In this document: piece after piece, positions 1 to 14,089 of the stretch
Layout: each line of letters opens with the position of its first letter
How positions within the stretch are numbered: position 1 is the first letter of the stretch
Source: Eledone cirrhosa
Taxonomy: Eukaryota
Direction of reading: 5' to 3'
DNA length: 64,000 bases
NCBI GenBank assembly: GCA_964016885.1
Contig: OZ024759.1
Span: forward strand, 30,070,001-30,134,000
Notes under the pieces: generated by a model
Seen by the model: only the letters and a program-made list of their open reading frames with translations
Database searches by the model: none
What the model was told of the DNA's origin: nothing
Translations under genes and position numbers: made by a program

Positions 1-127
1 ATTAAATATACACACATGCGTATGTATATATACATACGCACGTGTGTTCCCCCCTTTTTTCTCATTTCGTCCCTGTTCTTTCCTCTTTTAACTCGTTACC
101 TTTCCATTTTACTTATTTCCTAACTCT

Positions 128-165
128 ATTTTCTGATGAAGGAATAGTGCCCGAAACGTTAAAAC
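128..165 (+). ncRNA. Minimal type I hammerhead ribozyme (PLE-type)
   Basis: TTTT-CTGATGA(133-139)-A-GG..CC-GAAA(153-156)-CG-TT-AAAA. Intact core, short helix I, weak stem II. Confidence 0.6.
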
Positions 166-430
166 TTTTTTCCTCGCAATTCAAGCGTTAAACTAATATA
201 TTTCTTAATGTACTTTCTCATTTGCTTTTCTATTTCTGTTTACTTTTCCGTTGCTCATTGCCTACCCAACAGATGAAAAGTCCCCACCGGGTGGCTATAT
301 ATATATATATATATAATGTCAATCATTGTAAGTATGAATCTAACTGACATACAAAAACATATATATAGGAATAAGGTAAGCCCAAATCATAGTAGATTCA
401 AATATCACAGAGAGAGAGAAAGAGAAATAG

Positions 431-502
<72 letters not shown>

Positions 503-593
503 GAGGTGGAACAGAAATGAAACATGGATTACAGGTTAAAACATAGTCTAGAGAGATGAGAAACAAAACAAGGATGTAGTTTATGGAACACTC

Positions 594-1055
594 AAATGAT
601 TTAGAAGTCGACCTTAAATAGGAGCAATAACATTAAAAAAGACATGAACGACACCACGACACTTTGTTTTGAAAATTTTGAAAGTATGAATTTTCATAAG
701 ATTTACGTAGTTGTCTCTGTGGCCTAGCGGTAGGTACTAGAGACAGTGGAGATCCTGACCTTGGGTTCAATCCTGGTCAAGAAGTACTTGTAACCATTTT
801 TCAGTTTTTAGTTTACAACCTATAGAAAAAAACTAAAAAGTTTTACCGGGAACCCTACTCCCGACCAGGATCGAACTTCAGACCAGGATCACCATCGTCT
901 ACGATTCCTCCAAATAGGCCACCGAGACAACTACAAAAGTATAATGAAAATTGATATTTATAAGGCTACTTTCAAAATCAAAGTTAACAAGATGTGGTGT
1001 TGTTCATGGCTTTCCTAAAGCTATTAGTAATATTTAGGGTCGACTTCTGGTCATT
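594..1055. mobile_element. Fold-back/MITE-like element with a tRNA-like (Pol III A/B box) segment in each inverted arm
   Basis: Imperfect inverted arms of about 200 bp (AGAAGTCGACC..CATGAACGACACCAC..TTTTGAAAGTA..GTAGTTGTCTC vs its reverse complement). Left arm has TGGCCTAGCGG and GGGTTCAATCC. Right arm (minus) has TGGCCTATTTGG and GTTCGATCC. Confidence 0.65.
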
Positions 1056-1061
1056 ATTGAA

Positions 1062-1240
1062 ATGGCAGTATCGGTAGAGGGTCGGACGCCATGCTTTCCA
1101 GCATAGATACGTCCCTTTACGATCTGAGTTCAAATCCCGCCGAGGTTGACTTTGCCTTTCATCCTTACGGGGTCTATAAAATAAAGTACCAGTAATGCAC
1201 TGGGTAATTGCTGGCCTTGTGCCTAAAGTAGAAACAATTA
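1062..1240 (+). mobile_element. tRNA-derived SINE, family A (short subfamily)
   Basis: A box TGGCAGTATCGG, B box GTTCAAATCC, body GCCTTTCATCCTTACGGGGTC.ATAAAATAAAGTACCAG (resembles the Nin/Deu domain), tail GAAACAATTA. TSD ATTATTGAAA at 1053-1062 and 1237-1246. Confidence 0.85.
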
Positions 1241-1519
1241 TTGAAAGTCTCTGGATTTCGCAAAAATACATAATATCTTTTATTGGAGAAAGTAAGAAAA
1301 TTTGGTGGGGTTGCCAGTTTAGTCGCCGACGACTCGACCAAGCGACAGATTGTACTGGGTTACATGCTACCAGTAGTACACAAGAGTGACCTGACATGAA
1401 AAATCACCCCCCCACCAAATTGCTGGCTTTGTTCCTTAAATAGAACCTATTATCTTCTGTTATATGTTAATTGAAACATGTTATCTCATGTGATTGTTTC
1501 AGTTTTAATGTATTTATCT

Positions 1520-1800
1520 TATCGTTGTCATCATCGTCATCATCATCATCCTCATCATCATCATCATTACAGCTATTATCGTCGCCATGGCCATTACATT
1601 AGAATTGTCATCATTACCATCATTATCATCATCATCATCATCATCGCCATTATAATTGTCATCATCATTGTCATCATCACCATCGGCATCATGATTAAAT
1701 CGTCATTAGAGCCATTAAAATTGTAATCATCATCATCATCATAGTAATTGTCTTCATCCTTGTCATCGTTATTATCATCATCATCATCATCATCATCATA
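1520..1800. repeat. (ATC)n imperfect microsatellite
   Basis: Runs of catcatcat. Confidence 0.85.
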
Positions 1801-1807
1801 TATATAT

Positions 1808-1998
1808 AGGGCGGTGAATTGGCAGTACCGGTAGAGGGTTGGACGCCATGCTTTCTAGCATAGTTACGTCCCTTTACGGTCTGAGTTTAAATCCCGTCGA
1901 GGTTAACTTTGCCTTTCATTCTTACGGGGATCGATAAAATAAAGTACCAGTAATGTACTGGTTAATTGCTGTCCTTGTGCCAAAAGTATAAACAATTA
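1808..1998 (+). mobile_element. SINE family A
   Basis: Near-identical to 1062-1240 with a full head GGCGGTGAATTGGCAGTA. Confidence 0.85.
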
Positions 1999-2235
1999 TT
2001 ATCATCATCATCATCATCATCATTATTATAACATCACGATTATTATCGACGTTAGAGCTATTAAAATTGACATCATCATCTTCACCAAAACAACTACGAC
2101 CACGATCATAATCACTAGCGCCACAGCAACCATACACCACCACCACCACAACAGCAACCACCACCACCACCACCACGTCTCATTTAAATGTTGTTTCTGA
2201 TATTCTCATTTATGTATTAACGAGTTGGAACAAAT

Positions 2236-2669
<434 letters not shown>

Positions 2670-2673
<4 letters not shown>

Positions 2674-3463
2674 ATAAATTATCGAGAATCGCATTTCGGC
2701 CCACGAAATAACGAAAAACAACCTCCGAGATGTGTGGCAAGTGCTCAATGATTCAGATGAACCAGAGCTATAACAAACGTTAAAGGCCAAATATACTGAG
2801 ACGATGGTTAAACAATCATTCGCATAGCCAAAAAAAACGATCAAGTAATTCGGGTCAAACAAGTAAAAAATATCTGTCATTGAAAATTTACCCGGAGCCC
2901 TGGAAGGTTGGTAAAATCCAGTATTTGGGTTTCTGCGGCTCCTAAATCAAGTACTGTCCTCTTACATAAATAATGTTAGGCTTCTGGTAAGATGATTGAA
3001 CAAGGAAGCCACTTTCTCAACAGGTTTTAGTTCAGTGTTAATACAAGGACTGACTATTGCTGACCCCACGTGGGGATCGGCAAGGGAGGCAACCCCTATA
3101 TCAGGCGAATGAATTCAGTTGTGTATATTTTTGCAAGAATGCAAAAACATCACAAATCGAATAGAGTTCTCAACAGAAGGGTTAAAATTAACATAAGCTA
3201 TTCATCAGTCAATAGAATCAACTAAAAAATCAAGAAAATTAACTGGTCAATAGCTAGAGTCTGGAGATTAATACAAACATAAATTATCGAGATTCGCATT
3301 TCGGCCCACGAAATAACGAAAAGCAACCTCCGAGATGTGTGGAAAGTGCTCAATGATTCAGATGAACCAGAGCTATAACAAACGTTAAAGGCCAAACACA
3401 CTGAGACGATGGTTAAACAATCATTCGCATAGCCAAAAAAACGATCAAGTAATTCGGGTCAAA
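2670..3463. mobile_element. Non-autonomous element with about 190-bp direct terminal repeats, inserted in (AT)n (putative PLE derivative)
   Basis: 2670-2859 is repeated almost identically at 3275-3463, with (AT)n on both sides. A diverged reverse-complement copy lies at about 11311-11496. Confidence 0.65.
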
Positions 3464-3464
3464 T

Positions 3465-3547
<83 letters not shown>

Positions 3548-3620
3548 ATATATATACATGTATATATATATATACATGTATATATATATGTTTATATATA
3601 CATTTATATATACATAATAT

Positions 3621-3950
3621 ATATTAAAATATAAGTATTAATAAAATTGATGTTCTTTTGATCAATTACATTTTATTATACATATTTCGGATGTACAACA
3701 GTACGTCCTCATCAGACAAAATATAATGATACATGGTCATGTATCATTATATTTTGTCTGATGAGGACGTACTGTTGTACATCCGAAATATGTATAATAA
3801 AATGTAATTGATCAAAAGAACATCTATTTTATTAATACTTATATTTTAATATTAATAACTCCTGAAAATTATTTTTAACCGTTGAGTGCTTCCAATCTAC
3901 TGTAAAACTCATTCTTTGACATAATCATCGAATATTGTTTAACAACTTAA

Positions 3951-3955
<5 letters not shown>
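3621..3955 (+). mobile_element. Tail-to-tail palindromic PLE pLTR-like element (115-bp arms plus about 100-bp tail) between (AT)n tracts
   Basis: 3621-3735 is the reverse complement of 3738-3852 with one mismatch. Each arm carries an HHR. Confidence 0.8.
3751..3803 (+). ncRNA. Type I hammerhead ribozyme (mirror copy on minus strand at 3670-3722)
   Basis: ATTTTGT-CTGATGA-GGAcGTAC tgtt GTACaTCC-GAAA-TATGTA-TA|ATAAAAT. Confidence 0.88.
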
Positions 3956-3999
<44 letters not shown>

Positions 4000-4531
4000 G
4001 AAAACAGGGAGAAAGAGACGATTATGAGGAAGAAAAATATATTTATACATAATATATATATATACATAAAATATATTTATACATAAAATATATATATATT
4101 TGGATCAAATGACTAGGGCCACAATTAAACAACGGATCCGAGAGAAGCGAAATGAGGTGGTTGGTTTAAGTTAACAAACGATGCAGTAACACACACACAC
4201 ACAGTAGCATTCCACCATACGAACATACTACACTGCCAATACAGAGAAACAAGGCAACAACACACGCACACACACACACACAAGCGAGACAACAACACAC
4301 GCACACACACACAGTAACATTCAACAAACAGGCAGGGAATGGACTGACAGCTAGCGCCACACCACTCCCACAATTGAAAGAACTACTTCGGCCGCTGACC
4401 TCTGCCTGACCGACCCCATTTCACGCGCACGCGCGTTCTGCTGAATACCTCAGATATTCAAAACAACGAAACAGCGGAGGACACGTTTCGCACCTTTCCG
4501 ACAGACAACCTTTCCCCCACCCCGGAAAAAA

Positions 4532-4567
4532 CCCCAGTTGATGGATGTGAATCCGAAATATATAGGG
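4532..4567 (+). pseudogene. Decayed hammerhead motif
   Basis: CCC-CAGTTGA(core mutated)-T-GGAT gtga ATCC-GAAA-TATA-TA-GGG. Confidence 0.5.
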
Positions 4568-4819
4568 ACAATTAAATATCTCCCAAGGTAACTCTCTCTC
4601 GTGTTGTTATTTTTATTTTTATCCTTTACGCTCTTTCCTTCATTCCTCTACACGTCTTATACACGCCACGCATCTCAACGTACACCCACTTACGTCTCTC
4701 TCTCCACCACCAGATCTTGTTACCCGGAGATTTACCCATTTGCATTGTCGAGGCTTCCAAACGACTTAAAGAAATTTACCTTATTATTCCACAATGCTTC
4801 AAGCAAACTTCAATACTCT

Positions 4820-4891
<72 letters not shown>

Positions 4892-4979
4892 GATAGATAT
4901 AGATATAATTGAGTAAAAAATATATATATATATATATATATCGACTGGAATGATAGTTTAGGAGCAACAGTAAAAAGGG

Positions 4980-5327
4980 TTGTTGATTATAGTGATGCTG
5001 GTGATGGTGGTGCAGGTGGTGGCAGTGGAGTTGGTGGCGTTGATGGTGGTGGCAATGGCCCTGTTGCTGCTGCTGCTTTTGGTGATATTAATTTTTCGGT
5101 GGTGTTGGTGGCGATGGTGGTGTTTTGTGGCGATGGTACTGGTGTTGGTGTTGTTGGTAATGATGGTGGTGATGTCGGTGATGGTGTCGACGGTGGCGTT
5201 GGTGGTGCTGGTGCGGCTGATCGTAGTGGTTTTGCTGATGGTGGCGGTGATGGTGCTGGCTTTTATCAGTGGTGGCGGTGCTTCTGCTACTGGTCGTTGT
5301 GGTTTTGGTGGCGGCGATGGTGGTGGT
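4980..5327. repeat. Degenerate (GGT/GTT)n trinucleotide repeat
   Basis: ggtggtgatggtg runs. Confidence 0.8.
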
Positions 5328-5768
5328 TAAACCAGGAAACCCATAAATGGCTCAGTTGCTAGGATAGTGCTAAAAATAGCGACTACCATTATCTGTAGGA
5401 CTCAATGTACTTTAAGAACTGCCCCCTTTATTTATTTATTTATTCATTTGGGATTCTGGTTACTGTAGAATTATAAGATATAAAGGAAAGATCCCTTATA
5501 TATACAACACTTACACACATATATTCTGCTATATAGCTATCTATATACAAAGAGAGTTATATTTATACTCTCTCTCTCTACACACACACACAAATACATA
5601 AATATATATATATATCATTACATATGTATATAGATATATATACACATTTACACACACACTTACATAAATATATATATATATGTAAACCTATTAGTATACA
5701 TATATATATACGTATATAGGATGAGAAGGAATTCAGAATAAACTAATATTTTACTCAATATATTTCAA

Positions 5769-5804
5769 CATGATATTTCAGGGCTAAAACCCTCTTTTCA
5801 AATG
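5769..5804 (-). ncRNA. Minimal hammerhead, U3-A8 core variant
   Basis: Minus strand: CAT-TTGAAAA-G-AGGG ttttag CCCT-GAAA-TA-TC-ATG. Confidence 0.6.
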
Positions 5805-5931
5805 GTAGAAAAAAAAACACAGTTCCAAACACAAACGAGTGATCGATGTGTTCTTTCTTTACCCTTCATATATTTCTATTGCATTGTATCAGATTTTATA
5901 ACATATCTCACAACGCTTTGCATTAACTTTA

Positions 5932-6043
<112 letters not shown>

Positions 6044-6112
6044 CATATAGGTACATACATATATATATTATATATATGTATATACATATACATATATATA
6101 TGTATATATATG

Positions 6113-6143
<31 letters not shown>

Positions 6144-6544
6144 TATATATATGTATATATATTATATATATATACATATATACATATATATATTATATAC
6201 ATATATACATATATATATTATATATATATACATATATACATATATATATACATATATATGTACATATATATATATATGTGTGTGCGTTTGTGTGTGTATG
6301 TGTGTGGGCTGTACTAGAAAAATTGTGATTTTTGTCTCCCTTCAAGCAATGGATGATTGTGTTTATACAATTGATGTGACAACACTGTGGGAAGGCGTTC
6401 CAGTAACGCCCATTCCATCTTTTTTAAACGGTGTGGTGTGATTTCAGCAATTAGTGTTATTGGTGAGTTACTGAGTCGGCTACACACGCCTACTAACAAA
6501 CACAGACACACATATATAACATATATAAATACACGCACACATAT

Positions 6545-6601
<57 letters not shown>

Positions 6602-6710
6602 TATATACATACATATATATATATATATACACACACATATATACATACATATATATATATATATAAACACACACATATATACATATATATATATATACAC
6701 ACTCACATAT

Positions 6711-6743
<33 letters not shown>

Positions 6744-6774
6744 CACATGTATATAGATATACATATATATATGT

Positions 6775-6820
<46 letters not shown>

Positions 6821-6913
6821 ATATACATATATATACACATATATGTATATATATACACATATATGTATATATATACACACATATATGTATATATATATAT
6901 ATATATACACACA

Positions 6914-6993
<80 letters not shown>

Positions 6994-7075
6994 TATATAA
7001 CATTTGTGTATATAAACATATATATAATATATATATATATATAAACATATATATATACATATATAAACACACACA

Positions 7076-7135
<60 letters not shown>

Positions 7136-7174
7136 AACATATATTTATATATATATATATATATACATATAAAC

Positions 7175-7219
<45 letters not shown>

Positions 7220-7357
7220 CAGAGATAGAGAGAGGGAGGTGCGGGAGGAGGGCGAAAACGATGTGTAAATATTCAACGCGGGAAACACCACGCAAGGGAA
7301 AAATACAGTAAACAGATGAAATCTATTACTTTAATAGTTGATATATTAGAAAAGAGA

Positions 7358-7391
7358 CCTGATATTTCGGACGTTTGTCCTTTATCGGAAG
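7358..7391 (-). pseudogene. Decayed minimal hammerhead
   Basis: Minus: CTT-CCGATAA-A-GGAC aaac GTCC-GAAA-TA-TC-AGG. Two core substitutions. Confidence 0.5.
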
Positions 7392-7530
7392 ATAGAATGC
7401 CTGACAAGAGAAAGAGATGGAAAAAGAGAAATTTATGGTTTACTTGAGGCACCATGTATTGAATCCTTTAATCAAGTTAGCCTATTTGTTCTTCCGAAGA
7501 AATCCACTCTCAAAAATAAAAGCATGTGTG

Positions 7531-7586
<56 letters not shown>

Positions 7587-7762
7587 CAAGTGTGGGAGTT
7601 CATGTGTGCGCGCGTTCATGTCTGCGTGTATGTGTTGGTGTGTGTGCTGGTGTGTTTAGGCATGTGTGTCTATGTTGGGGTGTGTCCCTATGTGTGTAGG
7701 TGGATGTGAGGTCTTTGTGTCTGTATATGAGTTTTTGTAGGCATGTGTTTTTTTGTGTACAC

Positions 7763-7809
<47 letters not shown>

Positions 7810-7905
7810 CATATATATATATACACAATATATATATACATATATATATATATATACACATAAATATATACATATATATATATATGAATATATATATATA
7901 TACAT

Positions 7906-7980
<75 letters not shown>

Positions 7981-8116
7981 TATACATATATATATATATA
8001 CATATACATATATATATATATATTAGTTTTGCGAGGTTTTTGATATATATATATAGATACACATATATATACATATATATATATACATATATATACATAC
8101 ACACACACACATACAC

Positions 8117-8151
<35 letters not shown>

Positions 8152-8183
8152 TACACATATATATATATATACACACACACACA

Positions 8184-8319
<136 letters not shown>

Positions 8320-8885
8320 TGTATGTATGTGTTTAAATCTTACGACCGTGTAATCCGAACGAGACAAAATTACACATCAAAAGAATCTATTTTACATTTG
8401 AGAGCTCAACAAAGGGAAATTATTGAATAGTAAACAATGAAATGACACACAAACTAACTTCATTGCCGCCATATTTTATAAAGGATTTGCGGTTTGTTTG
8501 CTTTACGAAAATATCTGCAAGCTATGAATATAGCTTTATAGGAAATACGTTAAAACTATTATGTATGTCATTTCATATTTATCGTAGTGTTTGTTGAGTT
8601 TTTTTAAAAATGTAATCAAATACATTAATGTATTTAATACCACGTGGTATTGAATAGATGAAAACGTCATTTTTCTTTTTTTATGTTGTAAATTTACTAA
8701 CAAATTTTATTTTTCCCAATATTGTGAATAGACAAATCTTTGACGCGTTATATATTTTTGTTTCTACCATTAACAAATCAAATCTAGATGCATTGGTAAA
8801 TAATCATATTTTGAATCGTTTTTAATATTATTGTGTATATATATATATATATATACACACACTCAGTCACACACATACATACACA

Positions 8886-8947
<62 letters not shown>

Positions 8948-9055
8948 AGATTTATTCTTTAGTCTTTTAAAAAAGTCGGTAGAATGAAATTTAGGATCTA
9001 TGATTGAATATGGTATCGAAACGGCAAGAGCTCGGCCGTCGGGCCCCGACTCCTA

Positions 9056-9056
<1 letters not shown>

Positions 9057-9126
<70 letters not shown>

Positions 9127-9136
9127 TAATAATAAT
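9057..9136. repeat. (TAA)n microsatellite forming the SINE tail
   Basis: Read directly. Abuts the SINE 3' end. Confidence 0.9.
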
Positions 9137-9317
9137 AATTGTTTCTACTTTTGGCACAAGGCCAGCAATTATCCAGTGTATTACTGGTACTTTATTTTAT
9201 CGACCCCGTAAGGATGAAAGGCAAAGTTAACTTCGAGGGGATTTGAACTCAGACCGTAAAGGGGAGTAACGATGATGGAAAGCATGGCGTCCGACCCTCT
9301 ACCGATTCTGCAAATTC
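9136..9317 (-). mobile_element. SINE family A
   Basis: Reverse complement of the family A sequence. Confidence 0.85.
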
Positions 9318-9492
9318 ATAACAAAAGATAGTTATTTAGATCATCTCTATTTATTTTATTATATACATTTCGAGGATGCAAGGCTTATGTATAACATAAT
9401 GCAAAACATGTTCTCGTCAGACAAAATGCATAGGCGATGCAGTTTTCTTTTGATATACTGGCGGCCAAACGCGCTGGACAGATCGGTGACAA

Positions 9493-9553
<61 letters not shown>

Positions 9554-9744
9554 GAAATAATAATAATAATTATATTTATATATAGGAATATATATAAAAT
9601 AAGGGTAATATTATATGTTACCCGATTACCAGTAAGAAAGTAGCTCAATGTATAATATCAAGTATAAGACCCTCTTCCTGCTATATCAATAATATATACC
9701 TTACATACACTGTACCGATTGTGTTGTTATTTCTGTTTACCTTT

Positions 9745-9790
<46 letters not shown>

Positions 9791-10919
9791 CGCATACCGA
9801 AACACAGCTCTACTTAGATTCTGAAAATTGTGTATTGAGGAAATTTTTTATATACTTAACTGTAAAAACTCAATTAATCTAAGAACGAATTTATTTAATT
9901 CTTGTAGACATCGCCAGAATTCAACATTCAGAACTATATATAACTTATAATTATACTTATAATATTCCTATTAATCTCCATAACAATCTCATCTACTTGG
10001 TTTTAATATATTGATATCTCTAAATCATATCTCTAACATTTGTTGTACTTCCACTTCTTAAAAATGTTCATATAATATATACGTATATAATTCTAATCTT
10101 TTAAAATTTTAATTTTAATAATTTTTTATTTCTTTAAAAATTACTTATCTCTTAAAAAATTATTTTAAAAGGATTTAAAAAAAAATTTTCTCAAGATTAA
10201 AAAAAGATTTTTTTTAATTTTTAAAAATTCTTTCAATATTTTTTCAATATTTTTTTTTCAATATATTTCTCTCAATATTTTTTCAATATTTTCTCAATAT
10301 TTTCTCAATAGATTAATAACCACTAACTGATTCTGGCTAAATCTATCTTAAACATCCATACTTATTTTGACTAAATAGTCTCACACTAACAAATAAATAA
10401 ATAAAACCGGAGTTGTTTCCTTATCTTCCCTTTTCAATCATATAAATTTAAATATTCTTACTTAACTCATTTAATTTAATTTAATTTAATTTAAAATTAT
10501 TCTCAATTTTAAATACATATTTATTTACATAAAATACAAAACCAATATCCCTTATAACTCATTAGAACAACTATCTATAACATGATATACACATCTATTT
10601 ATTTATTTATCTACTTATAAACGAATGAAAAATATTATATTATAAACACATTTTAAACAACTAATAATCGTAAAATATCCTTTTAATATTTCGTTTCTGA
10701 ATTTGTTTAGCAAGATTCTTTATCTGTAAACGTGTGTTGAAACCAATATTGTTATGCTTTGGGAGGGTCATGTTGCCAATAAGAATATCCTTTTAATATA
10801 AATACACATAATATTAAGATATTTATTTACATATATACATAGCTAATTGTCCGAATATATTTCCCTCAAATTAACGTTATAGAAGTATTTTATTCATCTT
10901 CGCTTTTTTCCTTCTCCTC

Positions 10920-10969
<50 letters not shown>

Positions 10970-11160
10970 TTTGACCTTCTTCTCTCCTCTCTCTCCATAG
11001 TCGTTTAAATAAACGGTTGTTTTTCAATTATTTACATATTCATTTGCATATCCACCCATAAGTTTGAAAAATCCCTAATACATTTCCACAATCCAGAGAA
11101 TATCCAACTGATAAGGTATGATTTTCCTGGGTATGTCTCTATTTGTAAAACAAACTTTGT

Positions 11161-11221
11161 ATTTTATCTGAAGAAAGCGTACCAAAGTCTTTTGGTACCC
11201 TTGAAATATATATAATCAAAT
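11161..11221 (+). ncRNA. Type I hammerhead ribozyme (family H1)
   Basis: ATTTTAT-CTGAAGA-AAG c GTACCA aagtcttt TGGTAC c CTT-GAAA-TATATA-TA|ATCAAAT. Confidence 0.8.
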
Positions 11222-11532
11222 AAATATGGTTTTATAAATATAGTTTACATTTATTTAATATCATTGTATATATTCATTTAATTTATTAATTTATTAATTT
11301 ATTATTTGTGTGACCCGAATTTTCCTGGTCGTTTTTTCGGCTGTGCGAATGATTTTAAGCATTGTCTCTATGTGTTGGTATTTAAACGATAGTTATAGCT
11401 CTGGTTTATCCAAACTATTGAGCCCTTTGCCATGCATTTCGATGATTGTGTTTCGTTATTTCGTGGGCCGAGATTCCGATTCTCGATTATTTATTTATAT
11501 ATATATATATATTTATTAAAATAACAGATTAA

Positions 11533-11583
11533 AGTTTAAGCAAAGAATCGCTGCTTTCACCCTTAACGGGATCTTCTGAAACT
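11533..11583 (-). ncRNA. Hammerhead motif at the PLE 3' end (U4A substitution)
   Basis: Minus: AGTTT-CAGAAGA-T CCC gttaa GGG T-GAAA-GCA gcgattctt TGC-TT|AAACT. All three helices present. Confidence 0.7.
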
Positions 11584-12489
11584 AACAAAGTCTATCTGTA
11601 AACGCAGAACTGGATATTTCAAAAAACGTTGCAACCGGAGGAGGACAGGAAGACGATACTCTGGTTCGTGGTAACGTTCGCTGGCAAAGAACGGGAAAAA
11701 ACGAATAATACGTCATTAATAGGAGCGGTGAAAAACAATTACGCGCAAAGACAAAACCACGTTTATGGTATAAAAGAGGTCGTAGACTGATGTTCTCTTA
11801 GGTGGTGCATAGAGACGTTCTCTGGGAATGAACGAAAAAACGAAGATAATAAGTCATATGTGGAGCGTGGAGAACAATAGCACGCAAAGACAAAACCACG
11901 TAAATGTTATAGCAGAAATCGTAGACTAAAATTCTAATTAGGAGACCAAATGAATCTCCGCTACAGAGTTAAGAACAAAGTAAATAAATACAATACAGAA
12001 GTAATAGAAACAAATAAATACATACACAAGCATACGCAAAACCTTACCATGGGTATACAAAACCACGCACATATAAATATGTGTGTGTGTGTATGCTTGT
12101 GTACAAATAAATAAATAATTATATAAACGTATATAAGTAAATAAATACGTATATAACAAGCGCACACTCATACCTACATATAAATACACGAATGTTCGGA
12201 GACGTAAGTCAACTAAAACATGAAGTACACATATACACACACCCACCATACGTACGAACCTGCACACTCACGCGGACGCAAAACTCCCGTATACACATAG
12301 CCAAACCCTAAATACCAGAATATGTAAAAATTATACGCTATAACAGTCAAATATACGTACGAGAAGGTATACATACCTTCACAAAACATACGGGTAATAT
12401 ATACTTACCTATGCAAATAAGTAAAGGAATAAACAAAACATATACTTAGCTCCCACATCAAGACGTAAAATATCCACGTATAGATCGTG

Positions 12490-13497
12490 CTATCCGTTAG
12501 GGTATAACGTGGGGCTGTAATACAGGAAAGTTTTGTGCAATTTATGTTTACAAGCCGAAATTGCCTCAGATTTTTTGTTTAAGATGTGGTCTGTAGCGTG
12601 GAGTATTTCCAGGGCCTCAGCGGCACAGAGGTCACATGGTCTTTTATTTCCGTTATACGATCTAGCCCTAGCTAGGATCTCCCAGTGTAACTTATATTGG
12701 GTGTGGTTGTCTTTTAGACTCCAGATATAAGCTGAAAGTGACGTCATATTCCTTCTTAGAGGGTAACGAAAAGAATGGGTATGCATGTAAAGACGCTGCT
12801 TGAAACTATTGGCGGTTAACCCTATGTAGGCCATACGGGACGTGGGTGTTACAACCTTACATTTGTAGACAATGTTACTAGAGAGGCATTTCCCGGATAG
12901 GGGGCAATCAGCCCGATTCCTACAATTACAGTTAGTACTAACTACATGGTTGCACGTGTTCCTACGGCTAGGTAGTTTAGCTAAATTTGAAGCTGTGATG
13001 TTATGTGCAAGGTTAGGAGTCGTAGAGTAAGAAATTTTAATAGTATTTCTATTAAAAATTTTACTATATTTATGTGTAGGGGGAAAATGCTTCGTAATAA
13101 GGGAAAGAAAGATCTTAGCTAATGGTGTGGCCACCTCCATATTATATGGTGGGTTAAACCAACAAATGCGACGGGATCTATTTCTTCTAGGTCTATTTTC
13201 GTACTCTGTATATGCTACCTTATCGACAAATCCACTTCGAGCAAGAGCTTCATTGTAATAAGTGGAATGGTCGTTGAAAATGCGCTCGTTGGTGGAAAGA
13301 CAGGAAAGCCTCAACGAAACGTTTCTTACCAGGTTCTTGGTTATGCTGGCAGGATGGTTGGAATGCTTACTTATGTAATTAAGCGTATCATTCGGCTTTC
13401 TATACGGGTAATGCAACCCATTCAATAAATTGAGGGTAACGTCGAGGTAATTAACGACCGAGAGATTGGCCTCAACCTGTATAGAGAGGTTGAAGCT
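12490..13497 (-). CDS. PLE polyprotein fragment: RT end and thumb (VNYLDVTL, YRKPN, WFNPPY), CNCRNRADC linker, GIY-YIG endonuclease (IVY..YIGLT..FKQRLYMH..C..C..E..LN)
   Basis: Frame is open upstream of the annotated TTG to 13497 (SFNLSIQVEANLSVVNYLDVTLNLLNG). Motifs match Naiad-clade PLEs. Confidence 0.88.
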   Translation of the reverse strand, partial: SFNLSIQVEANLSVVNYLDVTLNLLNGLHYPYRKPNDTLNYISKHSNHPASITKNLVRNVSLRLSCLSTNERIFNDHSTYYNEALARSGFVDKVAYTEYENRPRRNRSRRICWFNPPYNMEVATPLAKIFLSLITKHFPPTHKYSKIFNRNTIKISYSTTPNLAHNITASNLAKLPSRRNTCNHVVSTNCNCRNRADCPLSGKCLSSNIVYKCKVVTPTSRMAYIGLTANSFKQRLYMHTHSFRYPLRRNMTSLSAYIWSLKDNHTQYKLHWEILARARSYNGNKRPCDLCAAEALEILHATDHILNKKSEAISACKHKLHKTFLYYSPTLYPNG

Positions 13498-13574
13498 CTA
13501 CGGTTCTTATATATTTGATATATATTTTCCTTATCGAGCCCTCTTTGGATTTTAGTCTTCAATTTTATTATTAT

Positions 13575-13682
<108 letters not shown>

Positions 13683-13824
13683 TCGAGGTCGTTAAGTCGC
13701 GGAAAAAAATGCCTCGGTATGGCCGCAGTCTAACAAATGTAAATATTAAAATAATAAATAAATGTGTAAGAACAGTAATATAATAATTACATAGAAATGT
13801 AGCGACTAAAGATTGGTGTGTATT

Positions 13825-13827
<3 letters not shown>

Positions 13828-13857
<30 letters not shown>

Positions 13858-13925
13858 AAGAAGAAGAAGAAGAAGAAGAAGAACAACAACAACAACAACA
13901 ACAACAAGAAAAAGAAGAAGAAGAA
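13828..13925. repeat. (AAG)n/(AAC)n microsatellite
   Basis: Read directly. Confidence 0.9.
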
Positions 13926-14089
13926 ATCGTTAACGCATCAGTTAATTCCACTTAATAATAACCCTATGATTTAGTTAGATAATTGAAATTATAATAATCT
14001 GACTTTTCAAAATTGGCAAATAAACAAAAGCTACACAGATTTCTAACTTTACGTCTATATTTCCACCCGTTTCCATCTGCCACCCCACC

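Noticed and set aside
711-790. Functional tRNA gene
   Set aside because: No clean cloverleaf or acceptor stem. It is one arm of an inverted repeat element.
12490-13497. Selenocysteine-encoding Naiad
   Set aside because: Conserved cysteines are ordinary Cys codons and there is no in-frame TGA in the preserved ORF.
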